Shown piece by piece: positions 13,661 to 27,181 of a DNA stretch of 64,000 nucleotides. How positions within the stretch are numbered: position 1 is the stretch's first letter; each line of letters begins with the position of its first letter. The notes under the pieces were generated by a model. That model did no database searches, was not told the DNA's origin, and worked only from the letters and a program-made list of their open reading frames with translations. This stretch comes from Octopus vulgaris (taxonomy: Eukaryota): contig OX597831.1 in NCBI GenBank assembly GCA_951406725.2, positions 8,804,001 through 8,868,000 on the forward strand, written 5' to 3'. The translations under genes and the position numbers were made by a program.

Positions 13661-14924
13661 ACGACATCGCATCAATCACAAAAGAACAACCAACGCATAT
13701 TTAATTTCAAATCAAGATGTTCAAGTCTAAATGCCTCACATTTAGTATTTAATATTCATGAAGGTAATTGATTGGCAAAATTGTCTAAGCCTTGGGTAAA
13801 AATAACCTTACAGAGAGTCGATCCAGTGCTTTTTTAATCCCATCGATATCAACATTGTTTCTTCCTTTATCTTTTCGGGATTGATAAATTAAAGTACCAG
13901 TCAAATACTGGAGTCGATGATATCGACTAAACGCTTCCCCTAAAAACTGTTGGTCTGGTGCCTAAATTTTAATGAAAATTGGTTTCAAATTCCTCGCACA
14001 AGTCCAGCAATATCGGGGGCGCGGGTCGACCACGGCGAAATTTAATCTCAACAAAAACACAACCGAAATGCTAACGATTCTGTCAACTCACCGCCTTCAA
14101 TATTTAATATTAATAACATTGAAACTTTGTTTCTTTCTACCACGTTGTCACGGTGGTTTTTTTTTATCCTATTACTTATTGAAGGATACAGGAATCCTCT
14201 CAGCCTTTAACTATTCAGCAATCTTTATAGATACTAATTACGCTTTGTACGTTTAGAACTGAACGTGAAGACAAATGTAATAATATTAGATTTCTTAGCA
14301 GTAAGATCTATGGCATTTCCTCAATGTCATCTTCATCTTTGGAGAGTTAAAGACTTTGGAATGCCACATTGCATTTAAGTGAACGTTTTATCACTTCGAT
14401 AAGTTAAGTAACTTCTAAATTGTTGATGTGAGTATTAGACATACATCATTGTCAATTATAAATTACAACAGAATAAGAATTTTTTCATCCTTGAGAGATG
14501 AAGCAAATGTCAGCATGCTTTATGATGTGTGCAATTCTAAATTTTAAATGTAAATATAATCTGAAAGACATCATTGAGTGTATTGAGTAAATCTCTTGGT
14601 ACACTTTCACGATATGTGTGAAGGTTGCAAAGACTTGAGAAATGGCAGGAATGTCTATATGGTCGCTGGAGCTACTAAATAGAATAAGCAAATTATCTCT
14701 GTAGAAAACTTTGCAGCTGGACTTAGTCTTAGAAGCGCCGGCGTCCTCTCACGTTTGAGACCAATAAGCATATACCTGTCAAATATTATGGACACGGATT
14801 CCTCACATCGTATTTCCATTAAGCAAATGTCGTTTGTTTGCTGTTTTATTGTATCTCATGAAGGCCATTATTCAGTAATAAACACGCAGTCTTGAGCAAG
14901 ATTTAACTGTTATTTCCAGCAGGC

Positions 14925-14965
<41 letters not shown>

Positions 14966-14974
14966 ATATATATA

Positions 14975-15215
14975 TCTTTATATATATAAAACTGAGAATG
15001 TGTGTGTGTGTCTGTCTGTTTGTGTGTTTCCCTAAAACTTGAGAACTACACAACCAATTTCATTCAAATATAACACATGCCTTACTTAGGGCCCGTGTAG
15101 TGTCATGGGCAAAAAAAAATGTTTAACTTCTTGCCTTGGGCGGGCCCAGAGCAATATCATATCTTCTCCACTATTTCAGTATTACGTGTTAAAAGTGAAA
15201 TAGAAACATCTCTCT
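14975..15215 (+). mobile_element. Non-autonomous Helitron-like 5' portion (Lep1/DINE-like)
   Basis: TCTTTATATATATAAAACTGAGAATGTGTG...(GTCT) then ACTACACAACCAATTTCATTCAAA; terminus similar to the 5' end of 30360-30748. Confidence 0.55.
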
Positions 15216-15481
15216 ATCTCTCTATTGTATGTATATATATATATACATACATAAATAAATATATTTACATGTATATATATGAATGTATATATATATACAT
15301 ATACATGTATATATATGGATGTATATATATATATACATGTATATGTATAGATGTATTTCTATAGATATACATGTATATGTATACATGTATGTCTAGATGT
15401 ATATATATATAGATGTACATGTAATATATACACATATATATACACATATATACATGCATACATATAGAAATTCAATATTTC

Positions 15482-15519
<38 letters not shown>

Positions 15520-17134
15520 ATATTCTCGTCCACCAACTTTACTCGCAAAGCATTTGTCTGACCGTGTGTATAGCAGAAGGCATTTGTTCAAATTACCGCA
15601 GAGTGGAACTAAACCCGAAACTACGTGGTTGCTAAGCAAAACCTCTTAACCATACACCCAAGCCAGCGTCTATATGCAGAAAAAAATAACATGATATCAA
15701 ATTAATTCCAAATCTATAAATTAGTTCTTAGTATTCGAGCAGATACCTTCGTATTAATTGCCTTCTTCAAAATAACTGAATAGATTTGCTAAAGAATAAT
15801 AATTTCGAGCTTAATTCCATGGAGCAAATCGAATGCATATCAACACCAATCAATAGTAGAATGCTTAATTCAGTGACAGAGATTTCTGTGTAGTCAACTA
15901 TTTCGATTATTTCCATTTAGAGCTGTAGGTTTTCTTTTTTCTTCTGTTTATGTAGATTTAGGAATTGAACAAATCCCTCGTCAGAGCAGAAAGAGTCTTG
16001 ATTAATTAAAGTGTTTCCAATCATCGCTGGATTAATTGCATTAGCATTTTGTTTTATTTTAATGATATAACATCAGGTCTTAATTACAAGAATGGTACTG
16101 TATTCTACTCTCAGGATGACTTCCGCTTTAGGAATAAGGCTAACAATTTCCAGCGGAGAGAGAGATTCAAAGCCCTCCACTCTCAGTATTCTACTGGTAC
16201 GTTATTTTACCAAGGAATGAAAAGCAAATTTAAACTCAGTGGGACTTGAACTCATAATATATTAGAAAAAGGTCGGAAATTTATGTTATAGGAGGGCTAG
16301 TCGAGTAAAATTTATTTTATCGATCCCAAAAGGATAAACAGCAAGGTCAATTTGAACTCAGAACATAAAGTGCCGGAAGAAATGTCGCAAAGTGTTTTGC
16401 CCGACGCTTCACCGATTCTACTGGTTCGCCACCTTCTCTTCTAACAATACTTTCTGTTATTACGGACGAGGGCTGGTATTTTGAGAGACGAGGGTTAGAT
16501 GATGGTATCGGCCCCAGTGCCAACAATTTTGTCCGGCATTTTAACGATTTTGCCAGCTCGCCGCCTTCTGTTCTCTCAATAATGCCAGCTAAAACATCTA
16601 AGAGAGACACTTTCTTTCAGCTCCTGATAATTAGGTTAAAATTACTTATTAAACTCGAGCTTTTGTTAACGTATTCAATATCAAAGAGAGCAATTTTAAT
16701 ATTGATTTCTATTGAATAGGAACAATGTTTCCTGTATTTTTAGAGGTTGTAGGACTGGGGTAGCGACGGCGGAATAAAATGAAACGTTGTGACGATAATG
16801 TATTTTCTAAGAGCCAGAGAATAGCAGAGAATAAGTAAAATGAACGGGAAATTTAATCTAATATTATGAAAGAATCAAGTGAAATCATATTCTGAGCTGG
16901 GGATATAATTACATTAATGTAATTTTTTTTCAATCTTCAAAAAGCTTTAGATAATGTTTAATTATCAAGTTTTTTGGTTCCCTTAATTATTGACTTCGAC
17001 ATTTTGGAACTGGTAAATAAGTTTGACGTCATCATCAGAGGACGTTCCTATACTGGTGATCGATTCGCTAGAACTGACAACCAAGTCTTCCTCAAATCAC
17101 ACTGTATTGTCTCCAATAAGGCAAATATGCATTA

Positions 17135-17351
17135 CCGTATTTTCCGGCATACAACTCTATGTAATACATAATGCAAATATTTAGTGTAAACATTTAAATT
17201 ACACATGTAGCGTAAACATTCGATCATCTATTCCAAATCTATTCCACAGGGAATTTTTCATTCTTCAAATACATTTCAGTTTATAAGTCGACCTAACTTT
17301 TCCACCTGTATATTTCGGTCTGAAAATTGACTTGCATGCCGGAAAATATGG
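17135..17351. mobile_element. Tc1/mariner (Tc2/pogo-like) MITE, 217 bp
   Basis: TIRs CCGTATTTTCCGGCATACAA and reverse complement CCATATTTTCCGGCATGCAA (18/20); TA on the left, TT on the right. Confidence 0.75.
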
Positions 17352-17535
17352 TTGGTAATGAGCTTCTATGTAAACTCATGTAGATGGGTTGATTGTTGTA
17401 GATTAACTTCTCCACAGGTCTACTGGATCAAGCTTGGCCTGGTGTTAAACACTAACAAAAATTATCTTGGAATTAAAGAAACGAAATCATTAGCATTGTG
17501 ACGCTGTTTAATCCTACAACCGCGAGTCCACACAA

Positions 17536-17574
<39 letters not shown>

Positions 17575-17588
<14 letters not shown>

Positions 17589-17893
17589 GTCGTTTGTTCC
17601 TTGTCGAGCTATGCCTGGCTCATAAGGGCCGGTTTTCAGGTGTCATTGGCGTATAGGTTCCCCATCTAGATGGGATGCCAGTCCGTCTCAGGTCAGCTGC
17701 TAGATGTAGGGGAAAAGAGTGAGAGAAAGTAATGGCCAAAGAGTCAGCCGAAGTTCGCCTTTATTTTTTGCCGGAGCCGCGTGGAGCTTAGGTGTTTCGC
17801 TCATAAACATACACATCTCCCGGTCTGAGATTCGAACCCGCGATCCCTCGACCGCGAGCCCGCTGCTCTAACCACTAGGCCATGTGCCTCCAC
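17575..17893 (-). mobile_element. SINE family A-related, tail 4 ending in (CAA)n
   Basis: GTGGAGGCACATGGCCTAGTGG...GGGTTCGAATCTC head; body TTTATGAGCGAAACACCTAAGCTCCACG; distinct tail containing GACGGACTGGCATCCCATC. Confidence 0.85.
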
Positions 17894-17894
17894 T

Positions 17895-18175
17895 ATATAT
17901 ATGTGTGTTTGTGTGTGTGTATGTGGGCTTGTATATGTGTATGTGTGTGTGTCTTTGTGTTTGTGTCTGTTCCCTCATCACCCATCGCTTCGCAACCGGT
18001 GTCTGTTGTTTACGTCCTCGTAATTTAGGGGCTCGGCAAAAGTAACTGATAGAATAAATACCAACTTTAAAAAGAAAAACAAGCGTACTGGTGTGAATTC
18101 GTTCGGCCAAATGCTTCAAAAGCGGTGCTCCAGCATGGTCCATGCCCTATGCCTGAAAGCAGTAAAAGCTAAAAG
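17895..18175 (+). mobile_element. SINE family B, 3' half, diverged
   Basis: GGCAAAAG...GATAGAATAAATACC...GCGGTGCTCCAGCATGG...GTAAAAG. Confidence 0.75.
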
Positions 18176-18913
18176 AAATAGAAGACAAGAGAAATGAAAG
18201 AGTTCCATACGAAAATATTTTACATTATTTTCATAAGTTGGCGTCAAGTTATTTCCATTTTCAGCTTAACGATTCTTGATGTTTTTTCCTTTGGGATTGT
18301 CTGAAGAAAAAGAGTTTACGTAAGCAAACAAGCTCCAGGCGCCCTGGATATGGCAGACAAGTCAATTCTCGACCAGAAATTAAAACAACGGAGTTTTAGA
18401 TATACGACAAACTGGTTGTGGAACAATTGAGCGCTGGGGGATCGACGTAATCGACTGGCCCCTTCTACAAAAACTTTCAAACATTTTGCCTATAATACAA
18501 AGAATTATTGTTATTAACTTCCTCGAAGTCAGCCTTGCGTAAACAATTCCACACTGAAAATTGCTCCCTGGCAATCTTGTCATTTTTGTAAAACAAGAAC
18601 AACATAAGGACAAATAAACTCTATATTTCAGGCAGAAAGGTGGAGATTAATAAAGATTTGGTGTTATGTTTAGCAGATTAGACGACTGTCGAAAAGTTCT
18701 ATCCTTAGCTCAAAATGCTTTACAGTATTCAAGTTCCGCAACCTCGTTTCTGAGTTTATGTGACGCAAGAATCTATTATATGAGTTCAAATGATATATTT
18801 GCTCAATTTAGTCTCTGTAAAAAGACTTTTCTTCCAGTATTCAGTTTTGAATTTTGCGAAAATATTTTTCCATTTAAACATATACCACTAACGCGTACAG
18901 TATGCATAATACG

Positions 18914-18914
<1 letters not shown>

Positions 18915-18994
<80 letters not shown>

Positions 18995-19011
18995 GCCTGC
19001 CTGCCTGCCTG

Positions 19012-19090
<79 letters not shown>

Positions 19091-19110
19091 CTACCTACCT
19101 ACCTACCTTC

Positions 19111-19177
<67 letters not shown>

Positions 19178-19198
19178 CCTACCTACCTACCTACCTAC

Positions 19199-19254
<56 letters not shown>

Positions 19255-19285
19255 ATATCTATCTAGCTTTCTATCTATCTATCTA
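18915..19285. repeat. (GTCT)n/(GCCT)n/(ATCT)n/(ACCT)n compound tetranucleotide repeat
   Basis: Direct tandem repeats; explains the 208-aa and 181-aa ORFs. Confidence 0.95.
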
Positions 19286-19384
19286 TGTGTGAGTATATGT
19301 ATACATATCTATATTTCTATCAACATATATTTGTTTATAGGTATATACATACGTATACACGCGCACTCACACACACGCACTCAC

Positions 19385-19423
<39 letters not shown>

Positions 19424-19845
19424 GGGAGGGGGTTATGTATACAGTAGTGATGAATTATCATGAAAGAAACTAGAAGACAGTTTCGTATCATATTTACAAA
19501 ATATATTTCTGGTGTTAGTTCCATTAGACTTATTCTCGCCAATCTGATGTAATTTCCAACAATAATAGCCAGTGTTTCTTTTCAATTGTCCTTTCATTAA
19601 GTTATCTAGTATTCTTTGTTTTAATAAGCACTATTGGATGGTTTAATGAAGCGAACAGCAGGCTAATATTAGAATTGGAGTACGAAAATCAACGGTTATG
19701 TCTCTTTGATAAAAGACAAGAAGAAAAATGACTCTGGATTTTTTTATTAGAATATATCGAAAATTGGTTATCTATATAATACTTAGATACATACATACAT
19801 TCACTCATTCAGATATATACGTATGTATTCATGTATCTATTTATG

Positions 19846-19905
<60 letters not shown>

Positions 19906-19975
19906 ATGTATGTATGTTTGTGTGTGTGTATGAATATGCATACATGAATATGTATATGTTTATGTATATGTATAG

Positions 19976-20022
<47 letters not shown>

Positions 20023-20070
20023 CACATACATATACACGCATACGCTTGTATATATGTATATATGTATATA

Positions 20071-20110
<40 letters not shown>

Positions 20111-20491
20111 CGTATTTATGTAGAAATGAAAAAGATAAGAAAGGACAATTTTTGAAAATGCACCACACCCACATACACGCGCGCGCGCGCATACGCACGC
20201 GCACACACAAACATGCGCACTGTCTGCTCTGCTTATAGACTGAAGAAATTAATTTGGCGACGGAGAGAAAATGAAAATTCCTTGTAATAGAGATGTAACA
20301 ATAAAAGACGAAATATTAACGAGGAATATGGCCTTATATAAGCAAAATAAACAAAGAAGAAACAAAAAAAAATGGTAAATGCTTTTAGCGTCATCTTAAG
20401 AAGTTGGATATTCTTGTAAAGAATGAACAATACAATTTTGATGCAACACCAGGTTCACTGAAGTGAAAAATCTAATATTCTAAATAAAATG

Positions 20492-20563
<72 letters not shown>

Positions 20564-20564
20564 T

Positions 20565-20597
<33 letters not shown>

Positions 20598-20618
20598 ATA
20601 TATATATATGTGTGTATG

Positions 20619-20653
<35 letters not shown>

Positions 20654-21297
20654 GCACACATATTTATGTGTGTGTGTGTGTGTATAAACAAATACAATAT
20701 ATAAAATGGCTGAAATTCCGAGATCACAGGTTTTCGCCCCGTCCCGCCTTTTAACAAACTTGAAACAATAGATTATTGTATAGTTCTGTCTTGTTATTGC
20801 TTATTGTCTTGGAATTGTGTAGCCAACGATTAATTCTCAGTGAAAAAGAAAAATAATAAACAAATAAAACTATAAAATAGAATTATAAAAAAAATGAACA
20901 AAAAACAAAACAAAAGCCTTTGAATTTTGCAGAAAGATATTAAAACAATTCGGAATTAGTGAAAACGAAACATGAGGCAAACAGAAAAATACTACTAATA
21001 CTACTAATAAGAAATAGAAGGAACTAAAGAATAATAGTAAAAAAACAACAACTTCTTGTTATTCGCTCCAGCTGGCCAATGCGTCAGTTTAATCTTCTTC
21101 AATACACTTGGAAAACATTTTTAATATGTGAAACATAAGTTTTGAAGTTTCTAATATCTCGAAATATATATTATAAGTTCCATTCGTTAATAAATACGCT
21201 ACAGGCCACGACAAGAAGTAGAGAGACATGCTTAACGCGAACCTTTTGGAGCTGCGTCGAACAGAGCTAACTAGTTATTTATACACTTGGTTTTCTT

Positions 21298-21480
21298 GGC
21301 TGGCGAGCTTGCAGCATCGTTAGCACTCCCGATAAAATGTTTGGCGGAATTTTCGTTCGTTTTGACCTTTTCTGAGTTCATACCCCGCCGACCTCGACTT
21401 TACATTTCCTCTTCTCGGAGTCTATGAAATAAGCACCAGTCGAGCACTGGAATCGCTGTAAGATTCCAAGCCTTGTGCCT
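21298..21480 (+). mobile_element. SINE family C, old diverged copy
   Basis: GGCGAGCTTGCAGCATCGTTAGCAC...TCTGAGTTCA...CGACTTT. Confidence 0.65.
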
Positions 21481-22005
21481 ATAATAGAGAGCATATTCAT
21501 GGCTAATTCCGTCGGTGTTGCCGGCTGAGGGCAACGGTTCATTTGTTTATTAAGAATAGCAGTTGTCCATTCCAGAAGTGTCCCATTTTTAAGCGTCTCT
21601 TATTGTCCAAGGGAAAGACAAGACTGTATATGCATCAAAGCGGGGCAAAGAGGTGCCATTTTGGCAGCAGTGTCATCGCAGGCGAGCATAGAACCTTAAA
21701 GACCGTTAAAAAAAGTTCCAGAAATAATCTACTTAGCGTGCAACTAATTCCTGCAAAGTACAACACTGGATTTTATCTTTATTTTTAACAATTCCAAGGC
21801 GACGAAAAGTAAAGCAGTTTGTGGTGCAATGTCCAGTCAGCCGTGCCAAATCGTCACATCTAAAAAGCTACGCCCAATCGTCTCATTTCGATCCACAAAT
21901 GCAACAGACAATAAATACTATATCCTAAGTCGCAGAAGGTTTAGATATGGTTTACCAGAAAGCGCAGACATACATGATTCTTATCACAATTACTAACGTT
22001 GTTTA

Positions 22006-22790
22006 GGGCGGTGAGCTGACAGAATCGTTTTGCACTCCGTGAAAAATGCTTAGCGGTATTTCACTCGTCGAATTCCGCCGAGGTCGACTTTGCCTTTCAT
22101 CCTTTCGGGGTTGATAAATTAAGTACCAGTTACGCACTGGGGTCGATGTAATCGACTTAATATCTATGTCTGTCCTTGTTTGTCCGCTCTGTGTTTAGCC
22201 CCTTGTGGGTAATAAAGAAATAGGTATTTCACCCGTCTCATGTTCTGAGTTCGAATTCCGCCGAGTTCGACTTTGCCTTTCATCCTTTCGACTCAATAAA
22301 ATAAGTGCCAGTTAACTACTGAAGTCGATGTAATTGACTTACCCATCAAAATTTGAAATCAATATTACTTCTGTTTCAAGATGGCGTGCTGGCAGAATCG
22401 TTAGGACGCCGGACAAAATGCTTAGCGGTATTTCGTCCGCCTTTACTTCTGAGTTCAAATTACGCCGAGATCGACTTTCATACTTTTGGGGATCGATAAA
22501 ATAAGTACCAGGTGAATACTGGGGTGGATGTAATCGACTAAACCCTTCCTCGAACTTTCTGGGGTTCTGTCAAAATGTGAAACCAATATTACTAACGTTG
22601 TTCGTCCTTCTTCACGTTCTGCAAGCTGGGTAAAATGCTCAGCGGCATTCCGTTCGTCTTTACGTTCTGAGTTCAAATTCCGGCGACGTCAGTCTTGCCT
22701 CCCATCCTTTTGTGGTCGATAAAATAAGTGTCTTTTGGGCAGAGAAGTTGATCCTCTCGCCCAAAACTACTGGCCTTGAGTCAAAATTTC
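22006..22790 (+). mobile_element. Cluster of four head-to-tail or nested SINE-C copies
   Basis: Repeated CTGAGTTC(A/G)AATTCCGCCGAG.TCGACTTTGCCTTTCATCCTTT; inner copy 22070-22222 flanked by GGTATTTCAC(T/C)CGTC. Confidence 0.85.
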
Positions 22791-23128
22791 CAAATACTTC
22801 TACAAACGTTGACCTCTTGAAATATTGTTGCTGCAATATATTTCTTATGATTTATCCATTGTCTCAGAAGAGTTAGCTGAAACAATATTAAGAATATTCC
22901 ATAATCTTCTCAGCAGTGGAATTAAGAAATTATTTACCAGTTTTTGAAGAGACAAATATCTAAATAATATATTTGTTTATCGGATTAACTAATATAACAA
23001 CAAGAATATTTAAATTGGAATTTGAGTTCAATAAACATATTGGTTGTGTATTGGAGGAAAAAAAAAATCAAGATTTTGTCCATCATTGTAGAAATCATTT
23101 GATTGTCCTACTAAAAGAACCTTACCTT

Positions 23129-23525
23129 GTGGAGGTGCAATGGCTCAGTGGTTAGGGCAGCGGACTCGCAGTGTGCGGTTCGCGGTTTCGATTCCCACAC
23201 CGGGCATTGTGTGTATTTATTGAGCGAAAACACCTAAGCCTTCATGAGGCTCCGGCAGGGGATGGTGGTGCCCCCTGTTGTACTCTTTAAATGAAGGCGG
23301 CGAGCTGGCAGAAACGTTAGCACGCCGGGCGAAATGCATAGACGTATTTCGTCTGCCGTTATGTTCTGAGTTCAAAAACCGCCGAGGTCGACTTTGCCTT
23401 TCATCCTTTCGGGGTCGATAAATTAAATACCAGTTACGCATTGGGGTCGATGTAATCGACTTAATCCCTTTGTCTGTCCTTGTTTGTCCCCTCTGTGTTT
23501 AGCCCCTTGTGGGTAGTAAAGAAAC
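23129..23525 (+). mobile_element. Chimeric SINE: family A 5' part (23129-23288) fused to full family C (23296-23525)
   Basis: Two tRNA-like heads in tandem; shared flanking direct repeat AAAA(G/A)AACCTTACCTT at 23113-23128 and 23526-23541. Confidence 0.85.
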
Positions 23526-23969
23526 AAAAAAACCTTACCTTTCTCAATATTAGTCGGAGAATGTGGATTAAGAGAAACATGAATGTATCTGTAAATACCT
23601 TTTGCTATTTGTTCCGAAACTTTACGTTACGTGTTCATATCCCGCCGAAGCTAACTTTGTATTTTATCCTTCTGTCGTTAATAAATTACCAATCAACAAA
23701 ATCCTGGAGGCCAGAAAATTAGCTTTTCCTTCCTGCCAAATTTTTGGCCCAGTAAATCGGTAAAAAATTAACATTATTTCTAGCAGGAAGGGTTGCATAA
23801 CCAGACACGATAGAATCCCTGCAAAATGCCTTGCTGTATAGGTTTTGTGATCAAAATTTTGTTTCCACCTTTCCAAGGCGACAAAAGTAAATGACCACAA
23901 GAATACTCTTTCTTCCCCTAAGCCTATAGTTTGTTGTCTCTCTTAGAAGTCGTTATTACTTTTAGAAGG

Positions 23970-24185
23970 GAAGCGGAGAACTGGCAGAACCCTTTGCACG
24001 CCGGGAAAAATGCGTTGTGGCATTTCATAAGTCTTTAGGTTCTGAGTTCAAATTAGGTTGAGGCCAAATTTGCCTTTCATACTTTCGAGGGCGACAAAAT
24101 AAAGTACCAGTTGAGTACTTGGGTCAATGAAACCGACTTACACCATGCCCCTAAATTGCTCACCTTGTGCCAATATTTGAAATCT
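23970..24185 (+). mobile_element. SINE family C, diverged
   Basis: CTGGCAGAA...GCACGCCGGG...TTCTGAGTTCAAAT...TTTGCCTTTCAT...AAGTACCAG. Confidence 0.7.
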
Positions 24186-24259
24186 TTATTACTTGTACAA
24201 AATGATGAAGTTTGATAAAAAAGGAAGACAGCCGAACGATTTCTTGTGTTTTAGATTTT

Positions 24260-24464
24260 TACCTTTTCATTGTTCCATTGATTGGATTGCGGCCATCGTG
24301 GGACGCCACCAGGAACAAATGGAGCCTAGTACTTATGTTTGTTTTCAAAACCTAGAACTTATTTTATCGTTGAGTTACGGTTACTTAAACAAACCAACAG
24401 CGGTTGAGAACCAGTATGGCGCTATCAAACACAGACCCAAAGATGTACACACTCACGCGCGCGC

Positions 24465-24554
<90 letters not shown>

Positions 24555-24630
24555 ATATATGATACTTTATGGGCTTCCACACAGTTTTCTTCTACTAAAT
24601 TCACTCACAAGGCATTGTTCATCCGGGGCC
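24260..24630 (-). mobile_element. SINE family B, diverged, internal (ATCT)n
   Basis: CATTGGATTGCGGCCAT...; TCTACTAAATTCACTCACAAGGCATTG. Confidence 0.6.
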
Positions 24631-25803
24631 TATAGTACAAATCGCCTTGTCCGCAACGCTTGCACCCCACCCCACATATATTTGTTGTTATTGCTTTTGC
24701 TCTCTAACCGGAGTGTCGTCTAAAGAATGTGCATAAACTAAAGACATATAGCCTCACCACCACCACAAGCACTCACACACACACACACTCATACACACCT
24801 ACCTGCACGCACGCATACACACACGCGCATGCATCTGAGCAGTAAGAGTACAAATGTAGCAATCGTCCTTTTACCTAATCCATATAAATGAATTTGTTCA
24901 TCAGCAAATTTGTTCCTTCAATTTATAGCTTATCCTGTTCAATAAACGAGTACAATCGAATAAATGAATGTACATAGTCTGTATATAAACTATCTATGCT
25001 GAAATATGCGTATTGTAGTCGTTAATTTGCATGAAAAGTTTGAAAGCATATTTCAAAATAAGTGACCGTTGTTTATGAGTTTGCTAATAGGAAACCGCTT
25101 TGGAAACTGTACGATGCGTTCGCAATGAAAATTGAAAATGATTTTGATTAAGACCAAATTTCGAACATTCATATACGTTATATTATATTACATCATATTT
25201 TATTATATGGCATAATATCATTATGATTTGTTACGATGCATAGTTTCGTTATCAAAACCAGTTTTAGATTTTCAGATCAAAGAGACTGCGTCGTAAATCG
25301 TTATTAACGAATTTCAATATGGCCGACTTTGACCAGATCGACCTTTCTACCATCAAAGTGTTATCTCCCTTTAGATATTATTTTATAAATTTCTCGACAA
25401 ACATTACTAAACAAAATATTATCTTTTTACGTTTCGGCACTTCTAAAGTTAACCAACAAACTAATGAACGTTTCGTTTTTGTTGATTGTATTCTAGGTAC
25501 TTTTAACTTTAATCTTTTATATTCTAAACATTGTTTGTTGTTAGCTCTCTGTTGTCAGAGAGTTAAAGTTATTATGATATTATTGAGAATTGGTTGTTTT
25601 CATAATTATTTCATAAAGATATCCGTGCTAGTAAATAACTTGGTTTTAGTCGATTGTAGCAAAGAGAATTTTAATAATTTTCGGATTGAGTTGTATAACT
25701 CACACACCAATGTAACTGTTGCTCTTTGTGGAAAATTACACGCACTCTTGTCCTTCTGTCTTCCTCTCTATACTTAAGTAATCCTTAACCTCTTCCCTCT
25801 CTT

Positions 25804-25848
<45 letters not shown>

Positions 25849-26832
25849 AAGAGAAAATGAAAGAAACTAAATAGGCTTATCAGGAACGGAGACAAATACA
25901 CACACATTTATATGTATGTATGTATGTATGTATGTGTGTGTGTGTGTGTGTGTGTGCGTGTGTGTGTCTGTGAGTGTATACAACATTAATACAATCAAGA
26001 ATATAAGTGGGAAATACAGGACGAACAAAGCATAACAAACAAATGATTAGTTTGAATGGAAAGAAAAAAATGTGATATGTTCCGCACGTAAGTTCTCGAT
26101 GGGAAGACGGAGAAAATTTTTGAGGGAGTGAGAAAGCGAAAGAATGAGAGAGACAGAGAGGGAGACAGAGAAGGAGAGGAGGGGGTGAGACAGAGAGAAC
26201 AGGTTAGGAGCCAAGTAGGAATGTGATATTCTAAGGTGGAAATTAAGAAGTGAGGGAGAGGCGAGTGCACATCGGCCTTCGGCACTTGGTAATGTAATAT
26301 AATATTATATATATTAATCGACGTGTACAGTATTATATATCCATTACGGCCGATCTTGCCAATAAGTTTCGCACTAGAGGTTGAACGGGCTGTTAGGTAA
26401 CTGTGCGATTATGTAGCTCATCAGAGGTAGCCGTTATGAAACGAAATATATAAATATATATATGTGTGTGTGTGTGTGTGTTTGTGTGTGTGTAGAAAAG
26501 AGAGAAAGAGAGAGACAGGGAGAGAGAGGTAGCGGTTTGAAGGAACATATATGTTTTTGCAGTGAGCAGGGTGAGGAGTAAGTGTAACAGACACATAGCC
26601 ATTACAGATTGCTTTCCCACCCCGGCAAGATTCCTACCCATCCCGGCAAGTATTTGCTACATCAGTGACCGGGTTAGTAAACCGGGAAAAGTACATCTGA
26701 AGCTGTCTGCAAATAACAAGTAGACCAGGCTAACAAAAAGTTTTTCGATTGGTGTTGAATCCGAAGTCGAATAACATCATCAGTCGACTTAGTAAATCCT
26801 TGGTTGAATTACCCAGTTACTATGGTTAATAA

Positions 26833-26959
26833 GGCGGCGAGTTGGCAGAAATGTTAGCACGCCGGGCGAAATGCTTAGCTTTAAGTTCTGAGTTCAAATT
26901 CCGCCGAGGTCGACTTTGCCTTTGATCCTTTCGGGGTCGATAAATTAAGTACCAGTTGC

Positions 26960-26962
<3 letters not shown>
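26833..26962 (+). mobile_element. SINE family C, 3'-truncated at (TC)n
   Basis: GGCGGCGAGTTGGCAGAAATGTTAGCACGCCGGGCG...GGGGTCGATAAATTAAGTACCAG. Confidence 0.85.
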
Positions 26963-27044
<82 letters not shown>

Positions 27045-27141
27045 ATATGTATACTCACATATGCATGTACACATACACATACATATATATACATATATAC
27101 ATATACTTATATATAAACATATATGTTAATATATAAATATG

Positions 27142-27181
<40 letters not shown>

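Noticed and set aside
18666-19447. 208-aa and 181-aa ORFs, and all similar YI/VC/HT/YLSI ORFs
   Set aside because: Stop-free translations of di- and tetranucleotide microsatellites.
23217-23441. Recurring peptide [21 protein letters not shown] (also 59414, 62158)
   Set aside because: Antisense translation of SINE-C; it recurs because of SINE copy number.
26260-26730. Possible miRNA hairpin in a unique CpG-containing stretch
   Set aside because: No match to conserved bilaterian miRNAs that I recall and no clear 60-80 nt hairpin.
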